Origin: Lobosporangium transversale
Lineage: Eukaryota
Reading direction: 5' to 3'
DNA length: 64,000 bases
Assembly: GCF_002105155.1 (NCBI RefSeq)
Contig: NW_019028993.1
Span: 124,001-188,000, forward strand
Shown here: in pieces, positions 1 through 14,070 of the stretch
Position numbering within the stretch: position 1 is the first letter of the stretch
Layout: each line of letters starts with the position of its first letter
Notes under the pieces: model-generated
Database searches by the model: none
What the model was told of the DNA's origin: nothing
What the model saw: the letters and a program-made list of their open reading frames with translations, nothing else
Position numbers and translations under genes: made by a program

Positions 1-387
1 TCGCTCTAGATAGCAGAGGTTCTCTTCTAAGAGTGCTTGGGAGTAAGGTCCCCAGATGCTGACCATGTGAGAGCCCCAGTCGGTGAGGTCTTTGGACTTG
101 ATCAACTCTTCTAATTGCGAACGGATCTTTATTTTTTTAGTGGAGGTCTGTTCCTTACGGATTAGATCCGCTCCAACGGGTTCTGGAACATCAAGATGTT
201 CATCAATATTGCCAAGGAACCCGAACTTGTTATTGAGGAGCTTGAGTAGGAGCAACAAGATCAGCCCTTGTGACCATAACCCGAAAAACCAAAGTGTGAA
301 ATATGACTGTCACAAAAGGAGAAAAAAATTAAAATTAAATTAATGCATTGATGGAATTTCGTAATTTTAAGAGAAAGTTTCAAAGAG

Positions 388-424
<37 letters not shown>

Positions 425-1574
425 AAAACTTATTTCATTATGATGCTCTAATAATATTCTTACGATAAACCATGCGAATGTCTCGGTAGGATTTCTCCAG
501 TGCATGACGCGATCGAGATAAAGCCCAAGGGACTGGACAGGGTTGGTAACATCATACAGTCGACTCAATAAAGTTCTCATTTTAGACCATTGGACTGGCT
601 CGACCTTGCGAATCTTGTCATCTCGCGCCAAGGATTCGATAAAATATCTCGCATACTTTTTTTTTTTTTTTTTTTTTGTTTTGTTTGTGTCACAACCACA
701 TGTTTAGCATAACATTCATGATGTTTAGTTCAGCTGTCTGATCGCGCAAGGGCTAGACTTAAAGAAAAAAAAAAACTGCGTTTTGTACTCACCGCTAGGA
801 TATAGAGACGCACTTCAAAGACACGCTTTCCTGATTCTGCTTCGACCCTTGTAAAGTCCTCGCGATCAGGAGGCGGCAGTTGCTTTTCAGTCGTCCTTCG
901 TCGTCGAATCTCTTGAACGTGTCTATCAAACTGAAAGGAAATCTCCTCCTTTTTGATACTGGGTGACATCGTTTGACCTGTCTGACCTGTTTGGCCTGTT
1001 TGGCCTGTTTGGTCTGCTTGGCCTGTTTGGCCTGTTTGGTCTGCTTGGCCTGTTTGGCCTGTTAGAGCCGTTTGGCCTGTTTGGCCTGTTTGACTTGTTT
1101 GGGTTGTTTGAAGCGTTTGAGCAGTAGCAGTAGTTCTGTTCGACGCCTGTGCAGGTGCTACTGGCCTGACAGGCTCATCAGGATATGCACCGCTCAGTTC
1201 TCTCGCCTGCTTCGACTGTGAAGGAGTGGGGGTCAATGACGGTTGGATTGTATGAACAGGTGCCCCTATTGGCTGAGTCTAACGACAGTGAAATATCAGA
1301 TTACGTATTGGATTTGAAATATAATGTCATTGCTCAAGCACCGTCAAAGTCAAGAGTTCTCTTTTTCTTTTTCTTTTTCTTTCTATACAGAACATACAGC
1401 ATCAATAGGACCCTGCCACTTTGATAGACCTGGAGGAGGGTCGCGTTCAGGAAGAGCCTCAGTGGCAGATTGTGTAGGCTGAGTGTATGGCTCAGTGATG
1501 ATGGATTTGGTCGAGCCATTTTGCCGCTCGGCTAAAGGAGGTGAAGTTATTAGAATGTCTCTGTTATTTGACAT
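1..1574 (-). CDS. Multi-exon membrane protein, DUF3292/Pex24-like region; 3' end runs off the window
   Basis: ATG at 1574; GT-AG introns join exons at about 1574-1398, 1279-792, 657-464 and <=307. Spliced segment RLYDVTNPVQSLGLYLDRVMHWRNPTETFAWFI-SYFTLWFFGLW resembles the W-x2-P-x2-T hydrophobic block of DUF3292-like proteins; disordered N-terminus with GQT repeats. Confidence 0.5.
970..1115. repeat. 9-bp coding minisatellite (TTGGCCTGT variants) encoding GQT repeats
   Basis: Directly visible tandem units, in frame in ORF 730..1236(-). Confidence 0.85.
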
Positions 1575-1770
1575 GATAGGGATAATTGCGGAAAAAAGAA
1601 AAAGAGAGAGTGAAGATCAGCAGGAAGCAGTAAACTCGTATTTGAAGCAAAAAAAAAAAAAATGAACGGTCTGGAGTGAAAATCGTTGGAACAGTTAAGC
1701 AATTAGCCAAGCAAAAAGACGTGACTATCGATTTGCTTCATGCACGTGAGTATGTTTATGTTTTTAGACC

Positions 1771-1812
<42 letters not shown>

Positions 1813-1916
1813 CATGGCTTTCTAAGGGCATGTTGACCTTCTTTTTATTTTTATTTTTTTGGTTCTTTCATTAATACATCTATCCTTCCGTTGCTTCTGC
1901 TCTATTTGAACAAGCC

Positions 1917-3739
1917 ATGGAAGTTCACAGGTGTCGATTCGTCGACTACATCCCCTCCGCCATCAATGCCCTTTCATTTGCACCCAACACTACTAGACCT
2001 ATCCTTGCTTGTGGACGGGCCAATGGAGATATCGAAGTCTGGAACCCAAAGCACGAGTGGACCTTGGAAAAGGTAAACAAACGCTTATTCCATTCTCCTC
2101 ATTATCATTCATTTCTTTTCTTTTCTTTTAAAAAATATAAAAGATCATCGTATAACTTACTCAGTCTAAAAGCGTTCATTCTCAACGACTACTTGATATA
2201 CAACGAACAAATAAAAAAAAAAAAACTGATCGATCTATTATGGTCTCCTATCTTATATTCAGGTTATTCCTGGAGGCAAAAATACATCTGTAGAGGCTCT
2301 TGCTTGGGCCCATCAAACGATATTGACTGAAGACGAAGATTTTTGGGATTCTGAAAGGGAGAAGCAGGCTGCCATCAAGAAGTTAATCAAGACACCTCCT
2401 AGACTCTTTTCAGCTGGATTGAATGCTGTTGTCACTGAATGGGATCTGACAACTTTGAAACCGAAGGTAAAGGAGGAGTAAAAATGAAAAAGAAAAAAGA
2501 AAAAAGAAAAACAAGGGAGACGCCAAATGGATCAAAGTACTCTAAAAGGCAGTCGTCTCGTAAAAGAAAGACTCTCCAAACTAAAGGATCAAAACCTTAT
2601 AATGGAAATAGCGATCGGTCGATTCTCATGGAGGCGCTGTTTGGTGTATGGCCACCAACCATGCAAACACTATCCTAGCTGTGGGATGCGAAGATGGTTG
2701 CGTTCGTCTTTTTGACATTGCAGACGGAGAGCTGGCGTTTATCAGATCATTCGACAAGCAAAAGAGTACGTTCATTCACACATTCAAAATGAACTGTGTA
2801 TATCTACATTGTTGTTTCGCGAGTTACCTTTTATCCATCGCTAATGCTACAGCACCCACCCGATCGGATTTATAGCTAGGATCTTGTCATTAGCATGGTC
2901 ACAGGATGATAAGCACATGGTCACTGGGTCCGCAAATAGCAGTATATATAAATGGGACGTTGAGGCTGGACGTGTTGTGTCGCGCATGACTGTTGATCGT
3001 GTTTCTGGTGAGGACACCCTCGTGTGGTCCGTCAAGGTCTTATCCAACGGCGTCATCGTCAGTGGCGATTCCTTGGGGCATGTCAAATTCTGGGATGGAT
3101 CAAATACAACCATGATCCAGTCTTTCAATGCCCATGGTGCCGATGTTCTCTGCCTTGCTGTTGGAAAAGTATGCCAATGAAATCTTGTCAACTTGAAGTC
3201 TACTACATACTACACTTTTTCGAAACTAATTCTTAAACACTCTTTAAAAAAAAAAGGATGCTACCTCTGTATTTTCAGCAGGAGTCGATCGCAAGTGCAA
3301 TCAGTACCGCTTTGTAGAACAGCCTGCACCAAAGATGACAGGAAAGAATGGAAAGAATGGAAAGAACGGATCAGTCACTGGTAAAACAGAGATGGTTACA
3401 AAATGGATCCTTACTGGATCAAGGCGGTTCCATTCACACGATGTCCGCGCATTGGCTTTGGATGAAAGCAGGAATGTTGATGCACTGGTTTCTGGAGGGG
3501 TGGACGTAACAATGGTCGTTTGCTCAGCTGCTCAGTTCCTTGAGAACAACCAACGTCGATTGACGTATGTCCCCCAAAGGCCTGTTGTTTCTTTCAGTAA
3601 GAGCAAACGTCTTCTTCTTTGCAGGCAGGAGCGTGGTGTCAAAGTCTGGCGTCTTGGAAAATGTAAGCAAAGGCAAAATATCATTACTATAATCCGAGGC
3701 AGGAAAACGTTTTGTATTTTGCTAAAGGCCCCTTTAACT

Positions 3740-3771
<32 letters not shown>

Positions 3772-5390
3772 CCTTGTTATTGCTCAACGCTTCAAGCTGC
3801 TGCTGCTGTTCTGCCATTCTCAGAAATTGAAATTGGAGCACATATGGACTTGATTGAGCCCCAGCAGGCGATGCTTGAGATGACTTTTAAGGATGATCGC
3901 AACCTCACAGCCTCTGCACTATCAGAAGATGGTCATTGGATCGCTGTTGCCGATGTCGAGGAAATCAAGCTCTTTCGAGTTGATGAACATGTAAGGTTAC
4001 AAGATAATCCTGTCTAAAAAAAAAAAAAAAAAAAAAAAAAAAGGTGGAGCTCTTTAGGTGGCCTGAATTTTTTTTTTAAAAATTTTGGTATTAATCAACT
4101 CGTGTATTTGCTTTAACTTCAGCCCTCACATCCTGGCAAGCTAATGGTCAGGAAACAAAGGTCATTCCCAGGTGTTCGTGGAACTGGAGCACACTATCTG
4201 GCATTCACCCCTGATAGCACTCGTCTTGTCGTTGCGTCTACAGATTCAAATGTCGTTGTCGTTGACATTTCTCAATGGGAAAGTGGGAAGTTTGATATTT
4301 TGCGCAGATTTGGTCAGCATAGAGGCACAGACGGAAAGGATCTAGAGTCTATGGATGTTGATGAAGAAGATATTACTGGAGAGCATGATCAAGTCGAGAC
4401 TGTTATTTTAATGTCTGTCTCTGCTGATGGACAATGGTTGGCTACTGGCGATCTCAAAAACAGGATCTTTGTCTTCAATCTTGACACACTTCAGGTATGG
4501 ATTACTGGATTGCAGTATTTTTATTTTTTTTTATTTTTTATTTTTTATTTTTTATTTTTTATTTTTTATTTTTTATTTTTTATTTCTGTTGTTGTTGTTG
4601 TTGTTGTTGTTGTTGCTTGCTTGTTTGCACAGCTGAATTACAACAGTGTTAGTTTTTTACTTTTTGTTTTTATTGATTGATTGATTTTTTCCGATTCCCG
4701 ATCGCTCCTCTGTTTACATAGCATCATGCAACCCTTCCAGTTTTCGACGCCCCTATTACAGCTCTTCAGTTTCACCCATACTCACCCACCCTGGTCATCC
4801 CCACGGCCAGTAATGTCTTTTATCTCTTCAATATTGAAACACGTCGCCTCACGGATTGGTCTCGTGAATTTTCTTCGGATAAACAGTTCCCAACTAAATT
4901 CCTTGGTCTCAAAGACAAGATCCAAGGGATCGCCTTCAATCCCGCTCGTAAAAACACGTTGCTCGTTTGGGGCGCCAACTATATCTGCCATGTGGATCTG
5001 GAGCAAGGTGTTGGTGATCGCAATGCTATTTTGAATGTCGGTAAAAGGAAACGGGTGGATAGGGCACAGGATCAACTGCGGAAGCAACAACGGGAACGTA
5101 GGATGAAAAAGTATGCAGATTTGGGCATCGTTCCAATGCCCGAGCTCGAGTCTGGGAACGCTGTGGTGGTATTAGAGGGCAAAAAGGCGCGTAAAGTGTA
5201 TGCTGCCTCCACAAATTCGACTGAAGAGGAAAAGACAGAGGACATTAACTTTCAGTTGCTGCACAAGTTCCAACCTCTGATGTTTGTAGACTTTGTAGAA
5301 GACAATTCTCTGGTTGTGGTTGAACTCCCGTTCATCAAAATCTTGTCGAGCTTGCCACCAAGCTATTACCGCGCCAGCTACGGTACATAA
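1917..5390 (+). CDS. UTP4: U3 snoRNA-associated protein 4 (WD40, SSU processome), multi-exon
   Basis: N-terminus MEVHRCRFVDYIPSAINALSF, GRANGDIEVWNP, SGDSLGHVKFWD, FHSHDVRALA and C-terminal LVVVELPFIKILSSLPPSYYRASYGT are characteristic of Utp4/Cirhin; exons separated by GT-AG introns. Confidence 0.93.
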
Positions 5391-5789
5391 AAAAAAAAAA
5401 AAAAAAAAAGAATCAAAGATGTTACGTTTTCTTTTTTTTTTTTTTTTTTTTGTTTCCTTGTCAGATTGTATTTCGTATTCTTTTCTTTTTTATTCCTCTT
5501 TTACTTTAGATCCATATTCCCTCATATTTACTTTTACTCCTTTACTTCTTTCATGGCATTTAAAATAAACAAAACGCATTTACCGTCAAAGGATGAATTC
5601 TATTACAATGTTTTTATCAAGGTCAAACAAAGATCTTTTGCGGATCAAATTCAGGGCAGAAATGAAAAAAAAAAAAAAAAAAAAAAAAAAAGCCACGCTT
5701 TGTGCAACGAACCTTATCCTCGAAAGGCAATTGGACAAGGAACACATGCACTGCACGATGCATTTACCTCTAGTAGGACATTTCTCTCC

Positions 5790-7268
5790 ATGGAAACAAC
5801 AGAACATCGGTCTTGTGCCTATGGACTTCGGCATCAGGTACAGACACATTGCCCTGCATCAAGAGGATACTGGCTAGCAGTCTGCAACAAGACAAACAAA
5901 CAAAAAAAAAAAAAAAAAGAAATAACCAATAGGAACACCTTGTTTATCTGACAAACTCAAGTCGACGTCTTTTTTGTGATAACAATGTTATTAGACACGT
6001 TGCCTGTCAGCCATCAAGTCGAAGGATGGCAAAAGTAGATTCATCATTGGCACTCAGGAACTCTTGAGACCGAATGAGGTAAAAACGTTTGACCTCAAAA
6101 AAAAAAAAAAAAAAAAAAAAAAACAATAAAATAAAATAAAATAGAATAGAATCAGGTGTATCGAATTCGACAACGTTCATGAGTTCTGGTTAATGGCATC
6201 TATTGAATATTGAAGTGAAAGAAGACTTGCTTCAGATGATATTTCATCAACAGAGCAAAAAACAATAAAAAGAAAAGAAAAGAAAAGAAAAGAAAAGAAA
6301 AAGAAAGCATTCACATTCCTGCTCGGCTTCTTTTAGGTTCATCTTTTGACGTTTGACGAAGACATGTTTGAAATCAACACTACGATATTTGATCATCCTC
6401 ATGAGATTTGGGATATTGCAGCATCGAAAGAAGATCCAGATTTGTTTTTCACTTGTTACAAGCAAGGTAAGGAGCTTCCTGTTGCTATCCTATGGTAGAA
6501 TGAATCCCAAATATCAAAGTCCAGCTTGCCTAACCTGGAAGTTTTATTATTATTATTATTATTATTCGGTAATGGTTAATAGTTGTTGATGGAAAGAAAA
6601 TACAGAGTAAGGCCTCCCTTTGGAGGATGAAATACGAAGAACAGAACACTGAGGAGACCGATCCTGAGAGACCACATCATCATCAACTGAGAGGAGAACT
6701 GGAGCATGTATTGAGCCTCGATGTGGGAGATGGAATAGTCAAGAAGTAAGGGGAAAATGTCAATGGGGTTGCGGAAAAAAAAAAGATTCCTCTTGTCTGT
6801 GTTGGCATGGCCATGGGCCGCTGACTGTTGACGCGCCTGCAATGTTTTTTTTTTTTTTATACTTTTCTAGAGTTATTTGGCAAGACAATACTGAAGTCAT
6901 CTCTGTAGAAGACTGGCGGATTTGTATATGGGACATTGATATCAAACAAGGCACAGCCAAAGTATAGCCATGCTTTTTTTTCTTTTAAACAAAAAAAAAA
7001 AAACTTTCCCCGCTGCCAGGTCAAGCTATAACTCTACCCTTTTTATATGTCTATATGTATATACTTAGTTGACTGGATCGATCGATTCACCAGATAAAAA
7101 GTTCAAGTTCACAAGTGCAGTTATGAACCCCCATGCTCAAGAGGTTGTAGCTATATATGGCCGGTCTATTCAAGGCTGGAATTTGAGTTCTCTAAAGTAA
7201 GTGCCCTACCCACAAAACATCTTTGCCCTATTGCTAGGACACCTCTAGGAAGCTGATGAGGAACGAAC

Positions 7269-7300
<32 letters not shown>

Positions 7301-7493
7301 CCTTATCGCTTTCCTAGGCCTACATTCACCATCAAAGACTCCCAACCGGCACTCCTCCTTTGTATTGATTATAATCCCAACAGACCTTTCCAAATCGCAA
7401 CGGGTGGAGATGACTGTAAAGTCAGGATATGGGATGTACGGAATCCGACTGCAGGACCTCTTATGGTTATACAGGATCACACCCATTGGTATG

Positions 7494-7532
<39 letters not shown>

Positions 7533-7637
7533 ATGTATTTCCCATTCCTGCTCAAGGGACGAGCAGAATCCTGATACCATGGCTCGTGCTTTTCATCTTG
7601 AGCGTTGAGCCAAAAGAATTTGATGCGGCTCTGTTGA

Positions 7638-7674
<37 letters not shown>

Positions 7675-8193
7675 CTTTACTCTTTCTATGTGGACAATTG
7701 GGGCTCCTTTGGCTCGTTTCAATTCGGATAGGGTGTGGTCAGTAGCGTACAACAAGTTTCATGATCAATTAGTGCTCACATCCAGCTCGGATTGCCAGGT
7801 GAATCTGCAGAGCATTGTATCGATTTCAACAGGTGCTGATTATGCGTATGGGGACACAGAGGATGCGGAACAACAGGACCAGGATAGTGACATGGCGGAG
7901 AACGAAGCACAGGAGTAAGTCAAATCGAAATGGATTTTATTCTTCACTCTTCTATTCAATATACATGCTGATGCTGACGTATAAACTTTTTTTACTTTTT
8001 ACTTGTTGATAAAATGAACAAATAGTGCACCAACAGATGGACTGGTGCAGGCATTTGACCAGCATGAGGACTCTGTGTATCAGGTAGCATGGAGTGGCGT
8101 GGATCCATGGTTATTTCTATCATTGTCGTATGATGGACGAGCGGTGATGAATCAGGTCCCAAGTGAAGAGAAGTTCAAGATCATTATGCACTG

Positions 8194-8194
<1 letters not shown>
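5790..8194 (+). CDS. EIPR1: EARP/GARP-interacting WD40 protein (EIPR1/TSSC1 family), multi-exon
   Basis: Spliced peptides METTEHRSCAYGLRHQ / TRCLSAIKSKDGKSRFIIGTQELLRPNE / HPHEIWDIAAS / ATGGDDCKVRIWDVR / YNKFHDQLVLTSSSDCQV / HEDSVYQVAWSGVDPWLFLSLSYDGR match the TSSC1 pattern; stop TGA 8192-8194. Confidence 0.88.
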
Positions 8195-8224
<30 letters not shown>

Positions 8225-8894
8225 AGAGAATAAAGAATACAGACCTAGGATTCTAGCATTCCCAGTATCTCAGGATTTGCAGCATCCCCATCCTTGTATC
8301 CGTTAGGAAAAATGAAAAAAGTTGTTGGGTTGCAAGGGGAAGAGGGGGGGGGATAGGATGATTGGTATGTATATATGTATGGCAGATGTATGGCAGATGT
8401 ATGGCACATGTATATATTGCGATATGCAGGACAAGACAAGAAGTCTTGTTGAATTTAGATGGATATACAACTCAAAAAGGCCATGGATGGGCCATGCATT
8501 GTTCTTTTTAAACAAAGATGGACCAATGCTCTCAACAGGACAAGATGGTTTTTCATAACGTGGTCCAGTGTAACCAAACCAATTGCAAATGCAATTAAGA
8601 ATAAATAAATCAATAAATAAATAAAAATAAAATTAGAGCAACTAAATTATTACTTTTCTGTCTTTTTTATTCTTGCAAAAACAAAAAAGTATTTCATCTG
8701 TTGCTTACATTCCATTCCAACTGTAGTCCCATCTCTCCTTCCCTTTTCCTTTTCCTTTTCCTTTTCCTCTTCCTTTTCCTCTTCCTTTTCCTCTTTCCTC
8801 TTTCCTCTTTTCTTCTTCTCCATACTCTCATATCCCTCTCCTTCTCTCTCTCTCTCTCTCTCACTTTGCCATCACTTCACAGCCTTCATTCACC

Positions 8895-9029
8895 ATGGCC
8901 ACTGACATTGGTAGGATGATCCTTTTTTATTTCTTTATTTTTATTTAAAAGTCCTTGTTAACTCTTCTGCACACCCTATACTAAACATTCCCCCCTCTTC
9001 CTTCCTCTTTCTCTCTCTCTCCCTCTCTC

Positions 9030-9075
<46 letters not shown>

Positions 9076-11641
9076 GTCCTCTTCCTTCTTCCTGTCTTTC
9101 TTTCAACTTTTAGCAAACCCCATCTCTCCTCCATCATCCAACAAGGTATGTTCTTTGATTGCATATCTCTCCTAGGCCTGTATTGCTTATTCATTACCTG
9201 CATACCTTTCAAGTCTACATTGCATCCTATTAAAGCACAAAGCAAATCTACAGTGACGATCCATGGGATTGTGCCATCCATTCAACGGGTTATATTAATT
9301 AAACAAAAGAAAAAGATCTTGGGCTGGGAACTCTTTTTTTTTTTTTTTCTTTTTTTTTCCATGCTGACCGTGCCTGAGTCTGGGCGGAGGGGTCAAGAGA
9401 CAGTGCAGAAAAGACCACGCTCTAACATCAAATCTGTATACCATTACCCATTTATTATTTTTTTTTTTTAGGCCGCGATCAATGGCGCTCTTCGCAAAAA
9501 GTTGCAGGGCTATGTTGGTTTCGCCAACTTGCCAAACCAGGTCCACCGCAAGTCCGTCAAGAAGGGCTTCAACTTCACAATCATGGTCGTTGGTAAGATC
9601 TCTATCATCTACTCTCTCTTTCTCCCTCTCCCACTTTTTCCTACCCTGCCCTGCCCTGCTCTCTCTCTCACCGTTGGTTCTTTCTTACAATCTCTGTAAT
9701 GGAGCTTGGCTCTGCTCGTTATATGTTTACATGTCTGGGTTGCGCTTATTTGGCTCCTGCTCCTTTATTTTTTCTCTCTCTCTCTGTCTCTCTCGTATTT
9801 GAGAGATGGGCTCGCAGACTTTTTTATTTTTACACCATTACATAAAATACCAGTCGCCTATTTGAATCACACTGAGGGAACCCATTCATTGCACCGGATA
9901 AAAGACTCCACCTTGGTCTATCTACAGCACTACAATACCATCCTTACAGATTGCCTGTTGCGTGGCCATCATCTCACTCTTGGCTGTTGCTTAGTATTCC
10001 TATTGCTCATCTTTCTTTTTTTTTTTTTTTTTTTCTTTCTTGTTCTTGATCACAATTGGGACTGAACTCTAGGTGAGTCTGGTCTCGGCAAATCGACTTT
10101 GGTCAACACTTTGTTCAACGCCCCATTGTATCCTCCAAAGGAGTACGCCCCTCTTACGGAAGAGAGCCCAAAGACTGTTGGTATCCAACTTTTCAGTACC
10201 GATATTGAGGAGAATGGCGTTCGTCTGAAGCTCAACGTCGTCGACACTCCCGGTTTCGGTGACTTTATCAACAACGAGGACAGGTTAGCCAATTGAAGGA
10301 TAGTGTTAGAATCTCAGTCATGAATGAAAGGAACACTCCGCTTTTCTCACGCATGAACCCCCCCCCTTTATACAATCATTAGTTGGAAACCCATCCTAAA
10401 GACAATCGAAGGCCGATTTGATGCCTACCTTGAGCAGGAGAACCGTGTCAACCGCAGCAAGATCACCGACACCCGTGTTAACGCATGTCTATACTTCATC
10501 GCCCCCACTGGCCACTCTCTCAAGGCTCTGGACATTGAATTCATGAAGAGATTGCACAACAAGGTCAACTTGATCCCCGTCATTGCCAAGAGTGACACCA
10601 TGACCCATGAAGAAATCGCTGCCTTCAAGGAGAGAGTAAGTCCATTCTGCCATTTATTAAGCACTATCGCATATACATATCAAACTTACATGGCAACATT
10701 TAGCACTTTTTTTTTTTATTTTTTTTTTTTTTATTATCTTTTTCTGTAGTCAGAAAGACATGTTAAACATTCTCATATTACCTATTCATTTATTTACTAT
10801 TTAGATTCTCTTGGACATTGCTCACCATGACATTAAGATCTATCATGCCCAGCACTATGATTCTGATGACATTGAAACTATCAATGAGACTAAGGATGTC
10901 ATGGTAATGTCTAATATCCATAAAATGGGATCTCGGGCTTCTTTAAGGCTTCTGTAACCTTTTTTTTTTTTTTTTTTTTTTGTACAATTATGTTAAGTTT
11001 TTTTCTTTTCTTTTCTTTTCTTTTCTTTTCTTTTCTTTTCTTTTCTTTTCTTTTCTTTTCTTTTCTTCCTTTTCTTCTTTTCTTTCGGTTTATAGAGCAA
11101 AATCCCATTCGCCATTGTTGGTTCAGATAAAGCTATCGAGACCCCTGATGGTCGCCATGTCCGTGGCCGTAAGTACCCCTGGGGCGTCATTGAGGTCGAT
11201 AATGAGGACCACTGCGATTTCGTAAAGTTGCGCCAGATGCTGATCCGTACTCACATGGAGGAACTCAAGGAGTTCACAAACGATATCCATTATGAGAACT
11301 ACCGCACAGAGAAACTCCTCGCCATGGGCTACCAGCAAGACAACTCTGTCTTCAAGGAGATTGATCCCGTTGCCAAATTAGAAGAGGAGCGTGCAATGCA
11401 CGAAGCCAAATTGATAAAGATGGAGCAAGACATGAAGCATGTCTTCCAACAGAAGGTCCAAGAGAAGGAGGCCAAATTGACACAGTCAGAGGCCGAGCTC
11501 TACGCCAAACACAAAGAGATGAAGGACGCACTCGAGAAGCAGCGTCTAGATCTCGAAGAAAAGAAGAGGAGGATCGAACAGGGTCGTCCTATCACTCCAG
11601 AAAAAACCAAGAAGAAGGGCTTTGGCTTTGCTGGAAAGTAA
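8895..11641 (+). CDS. CDC3: Septin, Cdc3/AspB/SEPT7 group, multi-exon with two 5' micro-exons
   Basis: [22 protein letters not shown]-loop [28 protein letters not shown], coiled-coil tail ending [10 protein letters not shown]; micro-exons 8895-8910 and 9114-9145 splice in frame to the exon at 9472. Confidence 0.92.
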
Positions 11642-12175
11642 AAAAAAAGAAAAAAGTCCAACATAGCACTCACTGTCTCATCAAGTCTCTGGAACTAGGA
11701 ATGGTATGTGTGTTTTGAAGTTCTAAAGGCGCAAAATGGCATGCTTTATAAAAATAAAAAAAAAATATTAATAATAAAGCCCCAAACGTTCCATTCGACT
11801 AATCTTTTTTTTTTTTTTTTTTTCCTATATACACGATAGCCTTCCATTTTCTCAACGCAACGTATACCTCAATCAAATATCGCAACTACAGCAGCGGCAT
11901 AAAAGGCGGGATGTCATTTTTTTTTTTTTAGATAATGTTCGTCTAGCCCTCCAACTCACATTCTAAACCACTTACCTTCTCTAATTTTTAATACCATACT
12001 TACTCTCCCAATAAAATAAAGAAAGAAAAAAGAAAAGAGAGAAAGAGAGAACATTGCTTCGTTATTTGAACCTTTATGATTATCACTTTTAAATTATTTT
12101 CTTGCTTTGACAGCCATCTTAGTCTGAATCCGCCACATTTTGACAGAAAGTGTGTTTGTCTTTCGATCATTACAA

Positions 12176-12326
<151 letters not shown>

Positions 12327-12583
12327 AAAAAATCAACCTCCATCCTGTGTCCTTGGAAATCTTTTACATTAAATATTGATGACGCCTCCGATTTGTATAT
12401 ACTAACCTTACAAGCCTTGTGCAAGCTCTGAACAGGATGAACGCCCTAGTCAGCGCCGTCGTAGCGGATTGTCTGAAGCACCTTCCCATCGCAAAAACCA
12501 TATTCGAAGCAGTGTCTCGGGGATGATGCAAGATTATAAAGCATCTGAATGTTTTTATTATATCTTTAAACTAAAAAGGTCTT

Positions 12584-13420
12584 TCAATGCATCCCAGCCC
12601 CAAGGGTTGCGAGGTGGTCCAAAAAACCCCAACTCCACGGGAATATGGAAAAGATAAAGTACAGGAGTATGAATAACAGGATAGCCTCATGTGGGGATAG
12701 TGTGCCCTTCATATCTCTTCTTATGTCCTCTCTGTGGTCCATCCGTGCCGCCCCTCCTCCTCCTCCTCCTTCTCTAGTTTGACTGGAGCCGTCGAGACTG
12801 GGACCACCAGAGCTGGGACCGTCGAGACTGGGACCACCAGAGCTGGGACCGTCGAGACTGGGACCACCAGAGCTGGAACCGTCGGAACTGGAGAACACGC
12901 GCGCTACTTTCAAAGGCTCTCTGCATGACAAGCAATTATATATCAAATGTGGTATATCCGGCCACAGAAATGCTGATTTAAACCCCGTTCGTGTCTCGAT
13001 GCAGGATCTGCATGCATATACATGACATTTCCAGCAAGCTAGTCTTAGTTGTTCTGAATCATCTTTGCATATAAAGCAAGGCGGTACTCCTGTTGGTTGT
13101 AGCATTATATTTGACACGACCGTTCTTATTTTGTCCACTGGATCTGTCAAGTTTACTAGATGGTAATTGTCGCGTTCTAATATAACACACGAGTCGCCAT
13201 TTGCTACTAGATATTGACAAACTTCTGGGCCCAGTTGAGTTGAAACCATGGCAGTTTTAGGGAGAGCTTCACATAACTTCCCAAGCGTTGCGAACATCCT
13301 TAGTGAGTCGATTTTAGTATATCTAACGGAATATCCCAATGCTTTTAAACCGTCATCGATGACCCTAAGATTTTCGTCTTTCGGACTACGTGATTGAGGT
13401 TTGGCTTTTCTTTTTTTCAT
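12584..13420 (-). CDS. Intronless orphan protein with RING-like Cys cluster, 10-aa repeats and hydrophobic C-terminus
   Basis: Open frame from ATG 13420; CFIC-x10-CWKCH-x3-CRSC-x22-CLSC; three 30-bp repeats (SSGGPSLDGP) at ~12784-12885; terminal AILLFILLYFIFSIFPWSWGF. Confidence 0.55.
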   Translation of the reverse strand: MKKRKAKPQSRSPKDENLRVIDDGLKALGYSVRYTKIDSLRMFATLGKLCEALPKTAMVSTQLGPEVCQYLVANGDSCVILERDNYHLVNLTDPVDKIRTVVSNIMLQPTGVPPCFICKDDSEQLRLACWKCHVYACRSCIETRTGFKSAFLWPDIPHLIYNCLSCREPLKVARVFSSSDGSSSGGPSLDGPSSGGPSLDGPSSGGPSLDGSSQTREGGGGGGAARMDHREDIRRDMKGTLSPHEAILLFILLYFIFSIFPWSWGFLDHLATLGAGMH

Positions 13421-14070
13421 CGTCGACAACTAGCGCCTGTCGCGACGCGAGGCTGATGTCCAAAGATGAAGGATAAGGTGGTGTGAGTAGAGATTTTTTT
13501 TTTTTTTTTTTGATAACTAGGACCCACGAGGTCATGTAGGATGTGGCATGAGTAGACTTGGGATGAGATCGTGTGAGTGAATGGAGTATCAGTGAAATGG
13601 GGCCCGTGCTCCTTTCTCTAATTGATCACCTTTCTCTAATTGGCCGCTTCCAATGTTTCTTTTTTTTTAAAAAAAAAAAAAAAAAAAAAAGCTGACTTGT
13701 GCTTGCCATGGATCTGGGGTCCTATGGCTCCGTACGTCCAGAACCTCGAGAATTCAGTACCTTGATCCTGAGGCGCCGTGACTCGATGACTCAACCTGCC
13801 CGCATGCCTGGTTTCGCGCAGTGTCTGTACTGCTCATATCTCTTTGTGGTTCCGTCTGCCCTGCTCGGGGTCCCGCCTGTCCAGAAAATGGCCCATGGGA
13901 ATTCCTGTAAAATAATGAAACACTTACAGAAAATTGAGGGATTACATCTTAAAAAATCTGCTACTGCTGTTCATATTCTACTTGCATTAAGTGCACTCTC
14001 TCTACTGACCTACATCCGCTCGAGCAGTAATGTGAGCGCTATACATGGCATTCTCTCAATGGAAGACTAA

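Noticed and set aside
5388..5409. Host genes as processed retrogenes because of A tails
   Set aside because: They retain multiple introns and lack TSDs.
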